A DNA stretch of 64,000 nt from a virus, in the IMG/VR virus record IMGVR_UViG_3300031992_000005, positions 32,001 to 96,000 of that record. The stretch is one strand, 5' to 3'. Below the pieces are notes generated by a model that worked only from the letters and a program-made list of their open reading frames with translations, did not search any database and was not told where the DNA came from. Position numbers and translations under genes: made by a program. Positions 18,649-26,855 of the stretch are shown here, piece by piece. The first letter of the stretch is position 1, and every line of letters begins with the position of its first letter.

Positions 18649-18825
18649 TTAGAGTTTGTCTGTCACCGTTTTCAGGTGAAACAAACAGTACGTTGTCATC
18701 AAGAACCAGATACCAATTGAAATCTGGTTCTCACAGAATGGCCGGTAATCGGCCAAAAGAAGTGCTAATCCAAAAAACATTCCTATGAAGGAAATAATTC
18801 GGATTATTTTAACTAATTTTTTCAT
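18649..18825 (-). CDS. small two-TM membrane protein (58 aa, below ORF-track cutoff)
   Basis: Translated codon by codon as MKKLVKIIRIISFIGMFFGLALLLADYRPFCENQISIGIWFLMTTYCLFHLKTVTDKL, with two clear hydrophobic helices. Confidence 0.5.
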   Translation of the reverse strand: MKKLVKIIRIISFIGMFFGLALLLADYRPFCENQISIGIWFLMTTYCLFHLKTVTDKL

Positions 18826-18829
18826 GTCG

Positions 18830-19480
18830 CTAATTTTTTTTTGTTATAATTTCTATAAATAGGTTACCTATATCTTCTCTATATAGGATTTATGATCTCC
18901 GATTATAGTTCACTGTGAGTATTTTTCTATTTATACTCTGACCTCTTCGGTCTTTAGATTCCTATAATAGTCAGGCTGTAACCTAACCACCGGATATCAC
19001 GCTCTATTACTTCAATGATTTGGATTTACAGATCCTCCTCATCTTTTCATAGTTCCTCAGGACGTCCTGAGTACTGCGCTTTGATCGAGACCCTGCCAAA
19101 GATTCTTCATCTTCAGGTTTCTCGTCCCGTAGATAATCTCTTCGATTATCCAAAATTTTGTATAAAAATTATTTTAAAATACCCCAAACGTACCTCAATA
19201 TTTGTGGGTACTGCGGGGTATGTGTCTATAAATAATAGTGTTATTGTCTTCTTTAACACTTTAACCTTTTATACGCTCTGAGCCAATACATCAATCGGGT
19301 ATAACAACTTCCCTTTTTCCCAATCTCCTGGTAAGATTGATGCGCTATGCTATTTTCTGTTCGCTCAGACGAACCCAAGTACTATCTATCTTGGCTGTCC
19401 TTATATAGGTCCCCCATAGCCACCTTCAGTATGCCTATATAAGTTAGTAGTATACGTTTCAACTACATAGTATCGGTATA
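18830..19480. ncRNA. ORF-free, hairpin-dense island; candidate large structured RNA or long leader (strand unresolved)
   Basis: About 650 nt with no convincing ORF and locally raised GC. Perfect hairpins include 18867-18887, 18940-18952, 19056-19071, 19132-19150 and a two-tier one at 19182-19218. Bounded by a palindromic promoter-like box at 19498. Confidence 0.3.
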
Positions 19481-19497
19481 TATTTATTCATATATAA

Positions 19498-19511
19498 CCT
19501 TATATATAAGG
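19498..19511. promoter_or_regulatory. perfect 14-nt palindrome CCTTATATATAAGG (promoter-core-like on both strands)
   Basis: Read directly. It contains the CCTTATATA core of the recurrent promoter motif in both orientations. Confidence 0.4.
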
Positions 19512-19686
19512 CTTTCACCAGATAACAAAAAGGAAAAAAATTTCGGTCTATTTCCTTAAGAATGTACTAAAATTATGAATATTATGAGAAAATTAGTGAA
19601 TTTTAACATGGGAACGCTATTATTAATAAATTTTTTAGTAATGGCAGTTATTACATTAGTGAGACTTGGTTATCGGATCGCTGAAA

Positions 19687-20271
19687 ATGGATATTAAAAT
19701 TTGGGATGGAGGCTATTTTTATAGTTTTGTGGGGAAATACTATCCCCAACTAGACTATAAAACTGAGTTTGAACAATCTACAGATCCTATTGGTACGGAT
19801 CCAAATCTCCCTATTCTTGATTTCAAAGAACGTATCCTATTAGTTGCGCCTGATGTTAAAACGGGTGACATAATGAAGTTTAGTTCTACTAGAATTCTAC
19901 TTAGTAAATGTAGGAAGAAGTATAATGTGGTCGAGCAGGTGCATATTGTACATGAGTATTTTTACCCTTTTAATAAGATAATAGCTAAACTTCCACTCTA
20001 CATGAGGTATTGCTATATCTTCGGAGATAAGAATCAAGTCCTGGAAGAATATAAAGATATTCTAAAAAGAAGCTACCAAAAAACCTTATCACAACAAGTA
20101 GTGAAAACTACGGTACTAGAAGCGATTAAAAGTACCATCGAAGAGTATTCTAAAGTGGGTACGAGAATTGTTATAATAAGTGCAGAAAGAGATCAAGAGC
20201 ATTCTTTTAAGAGTGTTCTAGTGAATTCTTTGAGAGAGAATGGAATAATTGTGGAAAAATTATGGGATTAG
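19687..20271 (+). CDS. hypothetical protein (194 aa; first ATG used)
   Basis: The ORF track starts at a non-ATG codon (19666). The first ATG is at 19687 (MDIKIWDGG...). Confidence 0.55.
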   Translation: MDIKIWDGGYFYSFVGKYYPQLDYKTEFEQSTDPIGTDPNLPILDFKERILLVAPDVKTGDIMKFSSTRILLSKCRKKYNVVEQVHIVHEYFYPFNKIIAKLPLYMRYCYIFGDKNQVLEEYKDILKRSYQKTLSQQVVKTTVLEAIKSTIEEYSKVGTRIVIISAERDQEHSFKSVLVNSLRENGIIVEKLWD

Positions 20272-20756
20272 TATTAGCATGTAGCAGGTTTAGCTTTCCT
20301 AAGTATGTTGAAGAATTTGGCGGACCTAATTCAAAGGATTCCGCTTACATATCTATATCAGCAACCAAGGAATGCGCAGAATATTATCTACAATATAATC
20401 TAAGTAGAGATTGGGAAAGTGAATGTTCTCATTATCTCTTAGATTCTGATAATGTTTGTAATGTAAATTTCGATGACCTAGAGAAAGATATTGTTTTTAC
20501 GGATAACATAGTATTCAGAACAATATCAGAAGAACAGGCGAAGAAAATTGTTCTTTTTATTGAGAAGAACTTAGGAAAAAATTTCCTAATTCATTGTAGA
20601 GCTGGCATGAGTAGAAGTCAAGGAGTAGTTAGGTTTATCTTAGATACCTACCCCGATTATAAGGAACACCCTGATAATCATTGCATTACTCCTAACATGG
20701 AAGTTGTAAGAAAGCTTAAGAATGAATATTGCAAAATAAAAAAAGAAAGGGATTAA
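20262..20756 (+). CDS. Cys-based protein tyrosine/dual-specificity phosphatase-like protein
   Basis: Signature HCRAGMSRS matches the HC(X5)R(S/T) P-loop of PTP/DSP enzymes, in the C-terminal half of a 164-aa protein. Confidence 0.7.
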   Translation: MGLVLACSRFSFPKYVEEFGGPNSKDSAYISISATKECAEYYLQYNLSRDWESECSHYLLDSDNVCNVNFDDLEKDIVFTDNIVFRTISEEQAKKIVLFIEKNLGKNFLIHCRAGMSRSQGVVRFILDTYPDYKEHPDNHCITPNMEVVRKLKNEYCKIKKERD

Positions 20757-20775
20757 TTTCCCTCTCTTTTTTTTT
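20748..20775 (+). terminator. intrinsic terminator
   Basis: AGGGA-TTAATT-TCCCT hairpin followed by CTCTTTTTTTTT, overlapping the stop of the phosphatase gene. Confidence 0.55.
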
Positions 20776-20781
20776 CATTCC

Positions 20782-20991
20782 TTACGTATCTCTTGTAAGT
20801 ATTGTCCAGAATATGGCTACTATTAATACGATCATTACTATAGGCCATAGCCATAGCATGAAAAACTTCAAGATACGCTCTAAGAGTTTATTCTTGAAAG
20901 TAATTCTCCTAGTAAGATTATATTCCTGTAGGGTCATAAATCCTACTATCAAGTAGCAAATTACTATAAATGTAATTTCAATGTAACCCAT
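20782..20991 (-). CDS. small two-TM membrane protein (69 aa)
   Basis: Two hydrophobic helices. Overlaps the upstream gene by 14 nt. Confidence 0.55.
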   Translation of the reverse strand: MGYIEITFIVICYLIVGFMTLQEYNLTRRITFKNKLLERILKFFMLWLWPIVMIVLIVAIFWTILTRDT

Positions 20992-22471
20992 AAAACGCCT
21001 TTCTAATTTTTATTAATATATCATCTACTACAGATTTGTCAATTTCATCAGGGAGAGATGAATTAGCCATAGCCTGTTTCATCTCCTCGTCTTTACTTTC
21101 TAAGAATTTCATAAGATCATCATATACGACATTACCTTCTCGAATATTCATCAAGAATTCTCTATCGATATTTCTTCGATCTAATTTCATGCCTTCTCCT
21201 TTGGCGATCTCAATTCCCATTGTTAAGAGTCTAGCACTATGACAAGCATTTTTCAGGTCATAATGTCCTTTCTTTGCGAGATTAAATCTCTCTTCATTAT
21301 GATGCTTATTCCAGTCATTGTATTCATGATACTGCTTACAATAGTTCGAGTAGCCATCTTTATTATAAGATACATCAATGAGAGGCAACTCACCTTTCGG
21401 AATGGAGCTTAGTCTTACTTGATTACTAGTATCAGCCAAGTTAACTAATCCCTTATAGCCAAAAGGCTTTTTATATCTCTCCCAAGTGAGATGAATGAAA
21501 TCTCCTTCATCATATGCCCCGAATAATGTAAAAGCATTTACGAATAGTAATTTCCAGAATGGATCAATATCTTGGAAATTCTCCGTGAACGTATTGGAGA
21601 ATTTTGGCAAATGTTCTGCAAATTCTTCTTCTGTTGTAATACCAATATCCTTAAGATGTGCTCCCCAGTCATAGTACATGCTATACATGCAGTTCATTCC
21701 GTCCAGGTTAACTAATCCACAGAATTCCTGCTTCAATTTATTGAAACCTAGGTAATCGACAACCTTCTTAACATCACCGTCAACTGCATATAAGATATAC
21801 TCTAGACAGCTCTTAAGTGGACCTGTCATAGGTTGAGTAATTTTCTTCTTTAGATCCCTAGCTCTTTCAATCTGAGTCTTAGCATATCCTAAGAATGAAT
21901 GGAAGCATTTCTTAGTGATAAACCTATCTCTTTCCTGTAAGATAATATCCATTAATGGATGTTTATAAAGAATTTTATCTTCAGGAACAAATAAAGACTC
22001 TAAGACATTTGGATTTGATTTAAGCAAGAGGAGAAGAAATTTTTTGAGACTAAACCAAGACTCATTATTATCCCGAGTATTAATATCCTCTGGAAAATCC
22101 AGTCCTGTTCCAAAACAGATTTCCATAGGTTCAATGAATACTCCGCCATGATCTTCATCGCTTTCTGGCCTATCTAAGCCATATAAACGACTACCACGTA
22201 TATATTCATATAACAAGAACCCATTTTTTCTAATGTAATCAAATTCAAAATGATCTAATGAATAGTCATCCTGAATAGCTACATTAGTAGTACAGAATTC
22301 ACTATTAATTTCTATTGTATAAACTTTACCAACTTCTACTATGAAAGTTTTTTCAAGTAAGTCGATAACAGTTCCTACCATTCTCCAACACCATCTATGC
22401 TGAAGAATTATTAAGGTTGACCCTTTTTCAATAGTCTTTCCATAAAAGTCTACAAATTTCATTTTTTCCAT
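20978..22471 (-). CDS. pol-beta-superfamily nucleotidyltransferase-like protein (497 aa)
   Basis: IRGSRLYGLDRPESDEDHGGVFI fits the GS-x(9-10)-[DE]xD minimal nucleotidyltransferase motif (the 'predicted nucleotidyltransferase' type seen in phages). Confidence 0.55.
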   Translation of the reverse strand: MEKMKFVDFYGKTIEKGSTLIILQHRWCWRMVGTVIDLLEKTFIVEVGKVYTIEINSEFCTTNVAIQDDYSLDHFEFDYIRKNGFLLYEYIRGSRLYGLDRPESDEDHGGVFIEPMEICFGTGLDFPEDINTRDNNESWFSLKKFLLLLLKSNPNVLESLFVPEDKILYKHPLMDIILQERDRFITKKCFHSFLGYAKTQIERARDLKKKITQPMTGPLKSCLEYILYAVDGDVKKVVDYLGFNKLKQEFCGLVNLDGMNCMYSMYYDWGAHLKDIGITTEEEFAEHLPKFSNTFTENFQDIDPFWKLLFVNAFTLFGAYDEGDFIHLTWERYKKPFGYKGLVNLADTSNQVRLSSIPKGELPLIDVSYNKDGYSNYCKQYHEYNDWNKHHNEERFNLAKKGHYDLKNACHSARLLTMGIEIAKGEGMKLDRRNIDREFLMNIREGNVVYDDLMKFLESKDEEMKQAMANSSLPDEIDKSVVDDILIKIRKAFYGLH

Positions 22472-22510
22472 AAAAATATATTTATTAAATACATATTTAA
22501 GGGAATAATG

Positions 22511-22541
22511 TCCCCTTAAATTCTTATTTATATATGATAAC
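22511..22541 (+). promoter_or_regulatory. promoter-like motif on the strand opposite to both flanking genes
   Basis: TCCCCTTAAATTCTTATTTATATATGATAAC closely matches the boxes at 8924(-) and 35636(+). Confidence 0.45.
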
Positions 22542-22617
22542 GAATTTAATTGTCAGTTTCAGTTTCGTTTGCTTAATTTTAGTGGTGGCTTATTATCTAT
22601 CCAAGAATGGAAGGTAA
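22534..22617 (+). CDS. possible 27-aa hydrophobic micropeptide (or non-coding sRNA body)
   Basis: Hand translation gives MITNLIVSFSFVCLILVVAYYLSKNGR. The ATG lies inside the promoter-like box, so coding status is doubtful. Confidence 0.2.
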   Translation: MITNLIVSFSFVCLILVVAYYLSKNGR

Positions 22618-22634
22618 TAAGCCTTTCTTTTTTG
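22587..22634 (+). terminator. intrinsic terminator of the orphan plus-strand unit
   Basis: Perfect 9-bp stem GGCTTATTA/TAATAAGCC (22587-22595 with 22615-22623) followed by TTTCTTTTTT. Confidence 0.6.
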
Positions 22635-22698
22635 TTCAAAAAAAAAATAAGAAGGGAACAACCTAATCTCTAGGTCCCTCCCCTCCTTACTATAAACT

Positions 22699-23964
22699 TT
22701 AGGAAAATATCTTATTTTCTAACTGGATGCTTGATCCGATATTGTCTCCATTCCTACTCTGAATGAAAGTCAATAGGCCGAGCTTCTTTAATCCAAGCAA
22801 AACTACTGCTGCAAAATCCTTTGGATATACACTTTGAATTACTGAAGCAAGTCCCCCAGACAGTTCTGCATCTAAAACTCTCAGAGACAAATTGGCTGTC
22901 TTTTCTGCAAATAACAGTATTGCATTCATTATACCTAACCAAGCCACAATCTTATTGAAGTTAAAGGTTGGACTCAAGAATCTAAATTCTACAGTCTTAT
23001 TAATCCTATAACACAATAAGTTGACTAAGTTCATCCAGTAATATCTGGTAGGTATTCTCCATTTTGCCTCACGAGTAATATCACGTGGATGTGGTTGTGT
23101 GAAACTACCCATGTAATTCTTACCCACCAGGTATGCATATAGTGCATTGAAATTTGGCAGAGAATCTATACTAGGCAATTTCTTACAGTAATCCTTGCCA
23201 GTAGCCTTATACTCTGAACTTCTAAATGCCAGAGGTGGAAGAATAGTCGATAATTCGCATTCTAGCTTCTTACAAACTCGATAGAGATTATAGACTACTT
23301 CTGGTACCATAGGGTAACCCCCCAGGTGAACATGCAGAGAACATTCCTTATTAAAGATGGTATATTCATTCAGGGTATCTACTTGTTGACGAAGGAGATT
23401 AATTCCCTCATTTCCAGAAAGAACCACGGTTGAATATTCCAATCCACCGATAGATCCATCTCTTAGTGGAATAAGACCGTCTCTGAAACAGAGGTGTTCT
23501 GGAATATATCCACCACTTGTCTCAAACTCAAGACCAAAGGTATACTTGAGATATTTAGACAGTTCATAGAAGTCTATCTTTAATAGCTTCTGCTTATCCT
23601 TGAAAATGTCAAAGCTTTCTACAGCCTCATATTTTCTGACGAATCTCTGATAAGGATATCTACCATTTCCATAAGTGAATCTCTCACGAAGATAACCTTC
23701 CTGCGAAAAATCTACAAATTTACTGAAATAAACACCTTGTAAGTTACTGTAGAAAATCTTATCCTTCACCAGCTCATAGCAAGCATTTACTGTTCTGAGA
23801 GAATGTGGGTCTTTGTCGTAATCAATCAACATTAATTGAATGATAGATGCTCTATCCGCTACATATCCGTATATTATGTGGCCATCTTTTAAGAGATCAA
23901 CCACCACTGACATACATCTTCCTTTATTCTCTAGATTTCCAGTATAACTATCTACTACTTTCAT
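22699..23964 (-). CDS. glutamine-synthetase-fold amidoligase (Amidoligase_2-like)
   Basis: GLEFETSGG ... LRDGSIGGLEYSTVVLSG ... CSLHVHLGG ... EFRF follows the E.E / DGS..E / HVH pattern of predicted COOH-NH2 amidoligases. Sits in an operon with two GATases. Confidence 0.6.
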   Translation of the reverse strand: MKVVDSYTGNLENKGRCMSVVVDLLKDGHIIYGYVADRASIIQLMLIDYDKDPHSLRTVNACYELVKDKIFYSNLQGVYFSKFVDFSQEGYLRERFTYGNGRYPYQRFVRKYEAVESFDIFKDKQKLLKIDFYELSKYLKYTFGLEFETSGGYIPEHLCFRDGLIPLRDGSIGGLEYSTVVLSGNEGINLLRQQVDTLNEYTIFNKECSLHVHLGGYPMVPEVVYNLYRVCKKLECELSTILPPLAFRSSEYKATGKDYCKKLPSIDSLPNFNALYAYLVGKNYMGSFTQPHPRDITREAKWRIPTRYYWMNLVNLLCYRINKTVEFRFLSPTFNFNKIVAWLGIMNAILLFAEKTANLSLRVLDAELSGGLASVIQSVYPKDFAAVVLLGLKKLGLLTFIQSRNGDNIGSSIQLENKIFS

Positions 23965-23970
23965 GTTACT

Positions 23971-25392
23971 TTAACCTTTAAATAAGCGAGCAACAAGCGT
24001 TGCTATCTCTGATTTCGTAAATTGTTGATTTGCTTCAACGGCTTTAAATGGTTTACTATACTGTTGACCATAACAAGTCGTTACCAAAGAGCCGTCCCTA
24101 TAGGACTTGGAAAATCCTTCACCCAATCTCTGAATGTGCCCTGTAAAAGGTACCGTCTTAGATCCTTCAACAACTTGGTGAACAATATTCTTGTCATCTA
24201 TGTAGAAAGGCTCTAAGCTGAGATATCTAATCAAGTAGCAATTCTTGATTAAGAAATCCTTGACAGAGGCACAGGTCTTTTTTCTTTGCACGGAAACTTC
24301 TTCCTCGTGTGTTATATATTTCCAGCACCTCTTATTTAAGAGTGGAATTCCGTTATAAAACCAAACTGAATGGGTTGTACAGTTTTTATCTTTTCCAAGA
24401 TCTGCCTCAGGAATTACTCTACCATAAATTGTGAGGTTATACTTACCATTCATAGGTACACCCCTCAATTGATAGGTGAAGTTCTCCATTGCTCTTATGT
24501 AATTAGACTGATGATATACACCATCACTATCATAATAGCCATTATAGACATGAGTATTTCCAAAGGCAGTGGTACCAACACCATTAAAACCAACGGTAGG
24601 TACTCCTCCCCCACTATAATATGTGGCTTTATATGGTTTCGTTTGGATAGCTTTATCTCTACTATAAACTCCAAGATCCACTAATCCATCCTCAGCTGTA
24701 TAAGACATTAAGTGATTTCCGTCAATGGTATATACCTTTTGTCCTCTTCTAAGGGCATCGAGATATTTACCTATTGATGAGAATACAATCTCATCTTCCG
24801 AATCATCAAAAGTCATATACAAAGGTCTTTCTTCCTCAGGCTTTACCGAATATTCTGTTCTCTTAGATATTCCCTTGAAGAACAGACACTTAGGGCTATC
24901 TACTCGATAGTCAATGATTACAAATACACTACCGCCATTATATTCTGACAGTACGTCATATCCCTTGTAATAGAAGATCCTGGCCATGACTTGTGAATCA
25001 GTCATGTCATCTATCTTAATGTTTGGGATATACTTTTGAGCAAGTTCTTTGTAATTATAGATTGTACCGTTATGAAGAACTACAAATCTGATTCTTCCAG
25101 ACTTATCCTTCAAAACAACAGGCTGAGCAGTTCTTTCATTGATGGCACCAACAGATGCTTTTCTACAATGTCCAACTGCTATCGTAGACTCTTTTTTATT
25201 TTTCAGAATCTTACTTTCAGTGAAGAAGTCTTGAAACAGCTTATTATCTCTAACGCCGTATTCATATTCTCCATCGATGAAGATTCCACACGAATCTCCG
25301 CCTCGGGAATCATTGTTGACCCCGAGTACAGAGAATGTAGAATAGTCGAATGCCCGTTTTTTCCTATTTATTATTCCGAAAAGTCCGCACAT
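23971..25392 (-). CDS. class II (Ntn) glutamine amidotransferase domain protein with large C-terminal extension
   Basis: The N-terminus MCGLFGI has the Cys2 nucleophile, followed by NNDSRGGDSCGI, GHCRKAS and LHNGTIYN, typical of PurF/GlmS/AsnB-type GATase domains. Confidence 0.8.
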   Translation of the reverse strand: MCGLFGIINRKKRAFDYSTFSVLGVNNDSRGGDSCGIFIDGEYEYGVRDNKLFQDFFTESKILKNKKESTIAVGHCRKASVGAINERTAQPVVLKDKSGRIRFVVLHNGTIYNYKELAQKYIPNIKIDDMTDSQVMARIFYYKGYDVLSEYNGGSVFVIIDYRVDSPKCLFFKGISKRTEYSVKPEEERPLYMTFDDSEDEIVFSSIGKYLDALRRGQKVYTIDGNHLMSYTAEDGLVDLGVYSRDKAIQTKPYKATYYSGGGVPTVGFNGVGTTAFGNTHVYNGYYDSDGVYHQSNYIRAMENFTYQLRGVPMNGKYNLTIYGRVIPEADLGKDKNCTTHSVWFYNGIPLLNKRCWKYITHEEEVSVQRKKTCASVKDFLIKNCYLIRYLSLEPFYIDDKNIVHQVVEGSKTVPFTGHIQRLGEGFSKSYRDGSLVTTCYGQQYSKPFKAVEANQQFTKSEIATLVARLFKG

Positions 25393-26198
25393 GTTATTTC
25401 TTCTTCTAAGATATAGAACTTTCTAATTAATTCTTTTGCTTTTTCTGCATCACTATTATTAATAGCGACGATAGTATCCTCATACAAAGGAATATTCGAG
25501 CAACTATTATAAGCATTGATTGCTCTCATAACCTGATGGAACACAAACTTAATTGTTTTACTGTTCTTCATCATAGCGCTGGATAATACTCGATACTCAA
25601 CGCCATAATCGGTTAATCTGAAAGCTCCTGCCTTACCATACAGCGATCTTCTCCGAGTATCGGTATCAATAATCACTGATGGTAGTCCTACGAATGCATC
25701 CAGGTACTTTACAAGACACACTGAATCCTCGATATTAGGATTTTCATATCCAATATGCACATGGAATCCTGCTGATCTTAAGCAGGTATTCGTTCCCTTT
25801 GGCTTTGGATTTTCATTCTCAGTGTATGCATTGTAGTCAGGAGAGCACCCAAATAGTTTTGCCAATGGGTGTCTCAGCTGCGTCTTTGGTACCATTTCAC
25901 TTGCAGAACATTTGATTTCCAAATTTGGATCAATGTTCTTGATGTAAGTTGTAATATACTTTTTCATGTAATTGATGTTGTTAAGGAAAGCCAGTTCGCT
26001 AGTAACTGGTGGGATATTGAATTCGGCTAAGATATTATCTATCTCCAATCCAAATCCTTTTGGCATGTCCTCACCAACCCAAGGATTTCCTTTTTCTCCT
26101 GGAATAATACCGATAGCTGATACTACTGGCTTATCGGTTTTTGCACCGTTTACCAGGAACAACTCGGGATCTGCCCCAATTGTAACTTGACTAATCAT
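25371..26198 (-). CDS. phiEco32-like COOH-NH2 ligase type 2 (second amidoligase)
   Basis: IGADPELFLV at the N-terminus, GLEIDNILAEFNIPP and GFHVHIGY resemble the phage COOH-NH2 ligase family. Adjacent to both GATases. Confidence 0.55.
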   Translation of the reverse strand: MISQVTIGADPELFLVNGAKTDKPVVSAIGIIPGEKGNPWVGEDMPKGFGLEIDNILAEFNIPPVTSELAFLNNINYMKKYITTYIKNIDPNLEIKCSASEMVPKTQLRHPLAKLFGCSPDYNAYTENENPKPKGTNTCLRSAGFHVHIGYENPNIEDSVCLVKYLDAFVGLPSVIIDTDTRRRSLYGKAGAFRLTDYGVEYRVLSSAMMKNSKTIKFVFHQVMRAINAYNSCSNIPLYEDTIVAINNSDAEKAKELIRKFYILEEEITCADFSE

Positions 26199-26850
26199 TG
26201 TTCTTTTCCTCCTTTAATTTGATTTGTACAAGCTGACTTTCGATCAATTCGTTCAACATCTTCACCACTGGCTCAGTATCTCTCATAATCTCTGGATGAC
26301 CTTGAATTGCAAGGCATCTTGGATTTCCAGGCTTGGTATAAAGCACTACTTCAGGCTCCACCTTGATTGAATGAACATCAATCTTATCGCCTGCATAATA
26401 ACTGCTAATAGCATTTGCCCAATAGAGGATCTTGTATTCGTTACCAGGTAGATCAAATGGATACTGCATCTGATGATGAGTCGATGTGATCTGATAAGCA
26501 ACACTGCCATTTGTGATCTCATGTGTTCCGTATCTTGCATGACGATCACAATCCTGAATCAACTTACCTCCGTTCATAACGCAGAGGAACTGAGATCCAC
26601 GGCAAATACCAACTGCCAACTGACTTGGTTTGATCGAATCGAACACCTTCTTTTCTGCAGAGTCTCTACCCGCACTGTAATGCGTAGTCGAATGTGCCTG
26701 ACAGCCATAGAGAGATGGATTTACGTCTTCTCCACCAGTGAAAAGCACTACATCTGCATTCTTGATGTCCTTCACCAATTCATGATTGTTAATGAAATTC
26801 GCATAATAGGTTGAACCACCTACTACAAAAACTTTAATCTTCTTTTCCAT
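26191..26850 (-). CDS. class I glutamine amidotransferase / gamma-glutamyl hydrolase-like (peptidase C26-like)
   Basis: Nucleophile elbow GICRGSQFL and catalytic IQGHPE, on a Rossmann-like N-terminus (KVFVVGGS). Confidence 0.75.
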   Translation of the reverse strand: MEKKIKVFVVGGSTYYANFINNHELVKDIKNADVVLFTGGEDVNPSLYGCQAHSTTHYSAGRDSAEKKVFDSIKPSQLAVGICRGSQFLCVMNGGKLIQDCDRHARYGTHEITNGSVAYQITSTHHQMQYPFDLPGNEYKILYWANAISSYYAGDKIDVHSIKVEPEVVLYTKPGNPRCLAIQGHPEIMRDTEPVVKMLNELIESQLVQIKLKEEKNND

Positions 26851-26855
26851 AAAGT

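Noticed and set aside
19015-19281. 88-aa plus-strand ORF inside the ORF-free structured island.
   Set aside because: The Ser/Ile/Phe-rich sequence is implausible as a protein, there is no promoter context, and it sits across several perfect hairpins. It is more likely a chance ORF in non-coding sequence.
22534-22536. ATG inside the promoter consensus (..TATATATGATAAC) treated as a genuine start codon at all motif copies.
   Set aside because: At 8924(-) and 35636(+) the same ATG opens only 5-8 codon ORFs, so the ATG is part of the motif. Only the 22534 instance gives a 27-codon ORF, and it is kept at low confidence.
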